Part shown: piece after piece, positions 25,314 to 30,558 of the stretch
How the letters are laid out: each line of letters begins with the position of its first letter
How positions within the stretch are numbered: position 1 is the stretch's first letter
IMG/VR virus record: IMGVR_UViG_3300027533_000070
Coordinates: 1-30,558 of that record
Source: a virus
Lineage: Duplodnaviria; Caudoviricetes
Length of the DNA stretch: 30,558 bases
Direction: 5' to 3' (one strand)
Notes under the pieces: generated by a model
What the model saw: the letters and a program-made list of their open reading frames with translations, nothing else
What the model was told of the DNA's origin: nothing
Databases searched by the model: none
Made by a program: the position numbers and the translations under genes

Positions 25314-27752
25314 ATGACTGATCCCACACCACCGATACAACCAACTACGCCTCCGGGGTCAAAGACTCTGATCTACTCTCCGCAGGTGCGAATTGTCATT
25401 GCCTCGGGAGGCAGAGAGATAGATGTCTCCAAGGATGTGATTCGTGGTCGGGTGGTTAGGGTTGTGGACGCTATGTCTAACGCTGAGTTCTATCTGAACA
25501 ACAAGAATGGCAAGTACACCGGAGTCATTCGTCGGATGGACAAAGTTGTCATCTGGATGAAGCGCATCACCTGGGTTCAGGTGTTTACGGGGTACTTGGA
25601 TATTGTTCCGGCGTACGACCTATTCCCGACCGAGGCGTATGTCAGGGCCAGTTGCACCTTGAAGCGAACCAAGTACACGTATTGGGACCCTGGTCTGCCG
25701 GCCTCGTTGCTGCTGCTTGACCCCCAGATCAACGTGAACGCAGAAGGCATCGAAGTCGCCCAAGACTCTCCTGACGCCGCGACCGGCATCATTATCCACG
25801 ACCTGCTCACCAAGGTTGGTGGGTGGCCAATCAACCAAGTGTTGATACAGCAGATCCCAGTGGCGTTCATGGACTTCATGAAGGACAACATCGTGCTGGT
25901 GGACCAGCAGGAGGTCTTCAACAGGATCTTGAGGTACATCCAGGGTGGTGGAATGGCCGAAGGGTCGATTTACCCCTGGACCTCGACTGCCGGCAACGTT
26001 CCGCCCCCCAGTGGGGCGAATGGGAAGTATACCCAGAAGCAGGTCATCTCCCTCATCAAGGGCGCATGGAGTGACAGCACGCTCGTCTCCGACGACAAGA
26101 TCGCCCTGGCTGCTGCGTACGCCATGAAAGTCTCCGGTGGCGATCCGAAATTTCACAGGTTGGATGACGGCAGGGACATGTACGGCCTGTTTGGGCTCGA
26201 TCACCTAGGAGCCTCGGGGAGAAACTTGACCTTAGCCCAGTTGCAGGAGCCAATCGCCAACATCAAGCAGGCGTGGATTGCTTCTGGCCAAGGCTCCAAT
26301 TGGAGCTACTGGAGCAACACTCTCGGCTTTGGCAATCCACCAGGCAACTTGTCCTCTGTCAGACAGGATGTTCCAGTCGTCGCTGGGTACATCCCTGATA
26401 GGAGCCCTACTAACCCGGCTACGGTCTTGAGTGGCGATCCCTTGCAGGCGTTGTTTGAGAAGTTCTATGGAGCAAGCCCCAATGAGGGAATTAGAACCGT
26501 TCTCGACTTTCTTTCCCAGCAAGAAAACAAGCCGTACCTTCTCGGAGCAACTGGCCCTGACAAGTGGGACTGCTCTGGTCTTGTACTAGGTGCTTACAAG
26601 AGGGTTGGCATAGATCTTCCCCATTTTGCACAGGCCCAGGCTAGCAAGACATTTGACTATCGAGTTCCTAAGAGCAACGGGACTTCGTGGACTGTTGGCG
26701 ACCTTGAGCCTGGCGATGTCATCTTCTTTCCCGGCCTTGCATCTCAGCAGGGGAGTTCGGGAGACATTGTTCCTCAGATTGGCCATGTTGGAATTTATGT
26801 TGGCGACGGAACGATGATAGAGGCCGGCAGCGCTGGAGTTCAGTATGGACCTGTAGCTCCTCATCTGAATGGCTCTGCTGGCTATTTGTGGACGGCTAAT
26901 GTCATCACTAGGCCGATCAGAATGAAATACTCGCTGAACGACAACACTGGCACTTGGCAGAACACCAACGAGAACGGCGGGGTGAACCCGGCCTACCGGC
27001 TCTTCAACTTTTTGTTCAATGCTGCCGAAATCGATACAACCCTGTCGAACCTCTTGCAGGGTGATTTCAACCCGGCCAACGACGAGTCTTTGCTGTCCAG
27101 CATCTCCCAGGTGTGCTCCGGCTCTATGCGCTCGTTCATGTCCGGCCCGAACGGAGATTTCATCGCGTTCTTTCCGGACTACTTCGGCATCAACAATACC
27201 CAGGCCGTCTGGGACATCGAGGACGTGGAGATCATCAATCTCAAGCTCCAGATCAACGACGATGAGCTTGTTACCCACGTCTTTACTATCGGCGACACGA
27301 ACATGGTCGGTGGCGTTGACCCTTCAGATTGGCTCCAGTCGGCAGGCCAAGTCAGCATCATGATGAAGGCCATCATGAGTCAAATCCTGATGATGCAGTC
27401 CAGCACCGGATTCTTGTCAGACCCACAAGAATTCCTCGGGCGATATGGTCTTAGGCCGATGCAGCAACAGTTGAGAATCATCAGGAGTCATTACTACGAG
27501 TTCTTCTCGTCGTTGTACAAGTTCCTTCAGCAGTGGTCGAAGCAATACTCTACAGATGTTCAGATCTGCTTCATGCCTGAGCTTTTCCCCGGCATGAGGA
27601 TGAATTTAGCTAATCACGATATCGCTGTATACGTTGAGAGCGTGATTCACGTCTTCGACTACCAGGAGGGATTCCAGACGTATCCCACCATCTCTTGCCC
27701 TAGCACGCCGGCCGGTGGAGCTAATGGGCTCCCGATCGCGCTGGGGATCTGA
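25314..27752 (+). CDS. Baseplate hub protein with inserted lysozyme-like and NlpC/P60 peptidase domains
   Basis: Hub-like N- and C-terminal regions (VFTGYLD; FMPELFPGMR...YVESVIH). Internal PYLLGATGPDKWDCSGLV...LEPGDVIFF...GHVGIYVGDGTMIEA is NlpC/P60 with Cys-His-Glu. Confidence 0.85.
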   Translation: MTDPTPPIQPTTPPGSKTLIYSPQVRIVIASGGREIDVSKDVIRGRVVRVVDAMSNAEFYLNNKNGKYTGVIRRMDKVVIWMKRITWVQVFTGYLDIVPAYDLFPTEAYVRASCTLKRTKYTYWDPGLPASLLLLDPQINVNAEGIEVAQDSPDAATGIIIHDLLTKVGGWPINQVLIQQIPVAFMDFMKDNIVLVDQQEVFNRILRYIQGGGMAEGSIYPWTSTAGNVPPPSGANGKYTQKQVISLIKGAWSDSTLVSDDKIALAAAYAMKVSGGDPKFHRLDDGRDMYGLFGLDHLGASGRNLTLAQLQEPIANIKQAWIASGQGSNWSYWSNTLGFGNPPGNLSSVRQDVPVVAGYIPDRSPTNPATVLSGDPLQALFEKFYGASPNEGIRTVLDFLSQQENKPYLLGATGPDKWDCSGLVLGAYKRVGIDLPHFAQAQASKTFDYRVPKSNGTSWTVGDLEPGDVIFFPGLASQQGSSGDIVPQIGHVGIYVGDGTMIEAGSAGVQYGPVAPHLNGSAGYLWTANVITRPIRMKYSLNDNTGTWQNTNENGGVNPAYRLFNFLFNAAEIDTTLSNLLQGDFNPANDESLLSSISQVCSGSMRSFMSGPNGDFIAFFPDYFGINNTQAVWDIEDVEIINLKLQINDDELVTHVFTIGDTNMVGGVDPSDWLQSAGQVSIMMKAIMSQILMMQSSTGFLSDPQEFLGRYGLRPMQQQLRIIRSHYYEFFSSLYKFLQQWSKQYSTDVQICFMPELFPGMRMNLANHDIAVYVESVIHVFDYQEGFQTYPTISCPSTPAGGANGLPIALGI

Positions 27753-29692
27753 TGGTCAGAAACACCACCTACCACAACCGGATCAACCAAGAGGAGAACA
27801 CTCCTCTGGTCACGATCCTTGAGTTAAAGATCGAGACTAAGCAGGCAACCGCGATCGACTCCCGCAGGGGCTCGTACGTCATCGACCTTGCCAAGTCATC
27901 GTTCGGTGGAATTCGTTACCCGTCTCCTGGGTCGCAGTGGTACCTCAAGAAGATCAGTGGCGTGTGGACGTTGATGGCTAGAGCGCCTCAGCAGAATCCA
28001 CAGCTTGACCCCGCGTTCGATCCTCAGCCTGGTGAGACCTACATCGGTGGAGAGGGAAAGACGTACATTGTCGGCGATCTTGAAGTCACGGGGACTCTTA
28101 CTTCAGCAGGGTCAGGGGGGCCAGACCCTGAGATCGGCACGATCAAGCTTCATGCTGGGTCATCGGCACCAACAGGCTGGGTCCTCTGTGATGGCTCAGC
28201 TATCAGCCGTACAACTTTTGCAGCATTGTTCGCAGTTATTGGAACGACGTTCGGAGTCGGAGATGGTTCGACGACCTTCAACGTTCCGGATCTCAGGGGC
28301 AGAGTCCCTGTTGGCCAAGATTCTGGACAATCAGAGTTCAATGTCCTGGGTGAGACCGGTGGTGCAAAGACTCATGCACTGACGGAAGCTGAACTGGCCG
28401 CTCACGACCATAACGTTGGTGAGCTTGTCACGGGCAACCAGTCTGTTAGCCACACTCACGCCGTGTCTATAACATCAGGAACAGTGTCGTCTGACCACAC
28501 TCACAATGTTCCTAACGTGATCTCGCCTTCAGGTTCTGGGTCTGGCGCGTTCTTTGAGTCATGGCCTGGGGGTACTGGCAGTCGAACTCACACTACTACC
28601 GGCATCAGTGCTAACCATACCCACGCTGTTAGTGGTGATACAGGAAGCCAGTCGGCTAGCCACTCTCACACGATAACTGGCAGCACGGCAGATGCAGGTT
28701 CTGGCACTGCTCACAATAACCTTCAGCCTTATATTGCCATCAATTTCATCATCAAAGCAATGAGCGGAAGCGCAGTCCCAGCTTCAGGAATTGGCACCGT
28801 TTACGACGGTGAGCAGTTCAACGCCACTGGCATGTCTTCAAGTTCCAACGCTTTCACGGCGAAGGTTGAGGGTGACACTCAAAAGAGATTGATCGTTACC
28901 GCTGATGGTGACTTCGAGTGGAGTGATGGGACTACTCCTTCTCAGTTCAGGCTTGAACGACATGATGCCGATGACCTACAGGTTGTCAATGCGCGTTTCA
29001 GGGTTAGGCGTGAATCTAGTACCGATCCTGCATTTGGATCGTACGTTACAGGAGATTCGCAGACCAGATTCAATGTTCGTACTGATGGTAGAATAACGTG
29101 GAGTGATGGCACGTTAAGTGCTGACACCAACCTCTATCGGAGTGCCGCAGACACCCTTAAGACCGACGATGCGTTTACCGTTGCGGGTGCGTTTAAGATT
29201 GGCTCGGGTGCGGTCGAGATCGATCCAGCCAGTCCGGCGACTGGGGAGATTTTGCGCTACAACGGAACCAAGTTTGTGTCAGTGGGCGAGGAGACAATCG
29301 CTCAGTACCCGAACGCGGTCTTCGTTCAGAACACCTCAGTCAATCAGGCGATCACTTCAACCAGCTACGTAGATATCAACGGTATGTCGGTCTCCTTCAC
29401 TAAGAACTATGCAAGCACCAAGGTCCGCATGTTCTTTGATGCGAGTTATTACCATTCCGCCGCTGGTATGAATTCGCACTTTGCTTTTCAAATTAATGGT
29501 GTTGATTACGAGTGTATGCGGTCAGTCGCTTCGGTGCTCTCCGGCACACGCCACCAGACTTCGGGTCTTTACCACTTGGCCGGGCTTGGAGCGGGAGTCT
29601 ACACTGTTAAATTACGTGCCAAGGTCAGCACCTCGCAGATGAACATGGACACCAACGACATCGCCAACCTGGAAGCAATGGAGGTGAAGTAG
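27752..29692 (+). CDS. Baseplate spike-like N-terminus fused to tail collar domain and HxH fibre
   Basis: Collar domain IGTIKLHAGSSAPTGWVLCDG...FNVPDLRGRVPVG, followed by HxH motifs and HNNLQPYIAINFIIK. Located after the hub gene. Confidence 0.8.
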   Translation: MVRNTTYHNRINQEENTPLVTILELKIETKQATAIDSRRGSYVIDLAKSSFGGIRYPSPGSQWYLKKISGVWTLMARAPQQNPQLDPAFDPQPGETYIGGEGKTYIVGDLEVTGTLTSAGSGGPDPEIGTIKLHAGSSAPTGWVLCDGSAISRTTFAALFAVIGTTFGVGDGSTTFNVPDLRGRVPVGQDSGQSEFNVLGETGGAKTHALTEAELAAHDHNVGELVTGNQSVSHTHAVSITSGTVSSDHTHNVPNVISPSGSGSGAFFESWPGGTGSRTHTTTGISANHTHAVSGDTGSQSASHSHTITGSTADAGSGTAHNNLQPYIAINFIIKAMSGSAVPASGIGTVYDGEQFNATGMSSSSNAFTAKVEGDTQKRLIVTADGDFEWSDGTTPSQFRLERHDADDLQVVNARFRVRRESSTDPAFGSYVTGDSQTRFNVRTDGRITWSDGTLSADTNLYRSAADTLKTDDAFTVAGAFKIGSGAVEIDPASPATGEILRYNGTKFVSVGEETIAQYPNAVFVQNTSVNQAITSTSYVDINGMSVSFTKNYASTKVRMFFDASYYHSAAGMNSHFAFQINGVDYECMRSVASVLSGTRHQTSGLYHLAGLGAGVYTVKLRAKVSTSQMNMDTNDIANLEAMEVK

Positions 29693-29976
29693 TGGATCTG
29701 GTGGACGAGCTTCTGACCTATTCCGAAGAAGACAGGCGTGCCGCCTGGAAGTTCTGCCTAGAGGGTGGTGGAGACGATTTTGAGTCATCTGACCCTCATT
29801 GGTATTGCAATTTCATGGAAGAGTGGAGCAAGAGGGGCAATCGTAGACTTATGATACTGATTCGTCGTGGTCGTTATTATGGAGTGGACCCGACTGATCC
29901 CGAGGCTTCGCGGGCCAAACTGGACGAGATCAGGAGAGAGAGCGATGAGTATTTCGCTAAAGGTCGTAAACGGTGA
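29692..29976 (+). CDS. Hypothetical protein
   Basis: TAGTG-coupled start preceded by GGAGGTG. 94 aa, charged. Confidence 0.55.
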   Translation: MDLVDELLTYSEEDRRAAWKFCLEGGGDDFESSDPHWYCNFMEEWSKRGNRRLMILIRRGRYYGVDPTDPEASRAKLDEIRRESDEYFAKGRKR

Positions 29977-30364
29977 TCTCTCCATCAAGGCCGGGAAGTT
30001 CGATCTCGTACAAGGCTCCGAAAAGCTGAAGCAAGACCTCACCTTGTGGCTGACTGAGCGGTACCGAGACGATCGCTTTCATCCAACTTACGGTTCTATC
30101 CTAGATGGATATATTGGTGGTGTCATCAACGCTAGTGAAACCATCGTCAGGGTGCAATCAGAGACTTTGAGAGTTCTCTCGAACTACCAGCAGATACAGT
30201 TGGCTAGGTTTAGGGAGTCTCCAGGCAAGTTTCAGCCATCAGAGCTTTTACGGAGCGTCAATGGGGTTGACGTGTCTCTGTCCTACGATAAGGTCGTTGT
30301 ATTGGTTAGAATCACGACTGCGGCCAGGACAGCTACGTCGCTCACAGTAGGGTTTGGGGTGTAG
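29945..30364 (+). CDS. Baseplate wedge protein (gp25/gpW-like)
   Basis: ATG at 29945 follows GGAGAG. Contains NGDL...KLKQDL...FHPTYGSIL. Precedes baseplate J. Confidence 0.8.
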   Translation: MSISLKVVNGDLSIKAGKFDLVQGSEKLKQDLTLWLTERYRDDRFHPTYGSILDGYIGGVINASETIVRVQSETLRVLSNYQQIQLARFRESPGKFQPSELLRSVNGVDVSLSYDKVVVLVRITTAARTATSLTVGFGV

Positions 30365-30558
30365 ATGGCAAGGACTCCCGCTCAGATCTCCAGCGACATC
30401 CGAGCGAAGCTGGCCATCACCGCGCCAAACCTCTCGGCCGAGATCGGGACTCCCGAGCGCAAGATCATCGACGCGGTAGCTGAGTCGATCTCTGAGAACA
30501 GTGTCGATGTTGTCATTGCTCAGTCGTTCTGGAGCTTGGACACCAAGGTCGGGTCTGA
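30365..30558 (+). CDS. Baseplate J-like protein (3' truncated)
   Basis: Not in the ORF track. ATG at 30365 reads MARTPAQISSDIRAKLAITAPNLSAEIGTPERKIIDAVAE...SLDTKVGS and is open to the window end. Synteny after gp25 supports the call. Confidence 0.7.
   Translation, partial: MARTPAQISSDIRAKLAITAPNLSAEIGTPERKIIDAVAESISENSVDVVIAQSFWSLDTKVGS

Overview
This window is the virion morphogenesis module of a GC-rich, contractile-tailed (myovirus) phage, with about 33 genes all on the + strand. From recall, the major capsid protein and gene order resemble the Bxz1-like (cluster C) actinobacterial myoviruses; this needs confirming by BLAST. Gene order: 5'-truncated large acidic SWIM-finger protein, dCTP deaminase, prohead protease with a probable nested scaffold, decoration protein, major capsid protein, head accessory genes (one Lsr2-like), three paralogous HxH-rich needle proteins, a fibre-like cassette (two small subunits, a secreted protein and a 22-aa-repeat protein), neck genes, sheath, tube, tail chaperone with a -1 frameshift, tape measure, baseplate hub (degenerate transglycosylase plus NlpC/P60), spike-collar-fibre fusion, gp25-like wedge and a 3'-truncated baseplate J. 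The most notable elements are the putative repeat-templated fibre system, the HxH triplet, recurrent [KRH]-x-A motifs in head proteins, the internal scaffold start and a pseudoknot/switch-like intergenic RNA. No tRNA, rRNA, CRISPR array or transposase was seen. All functional calls come from motif recognition and synteny, not database searches.
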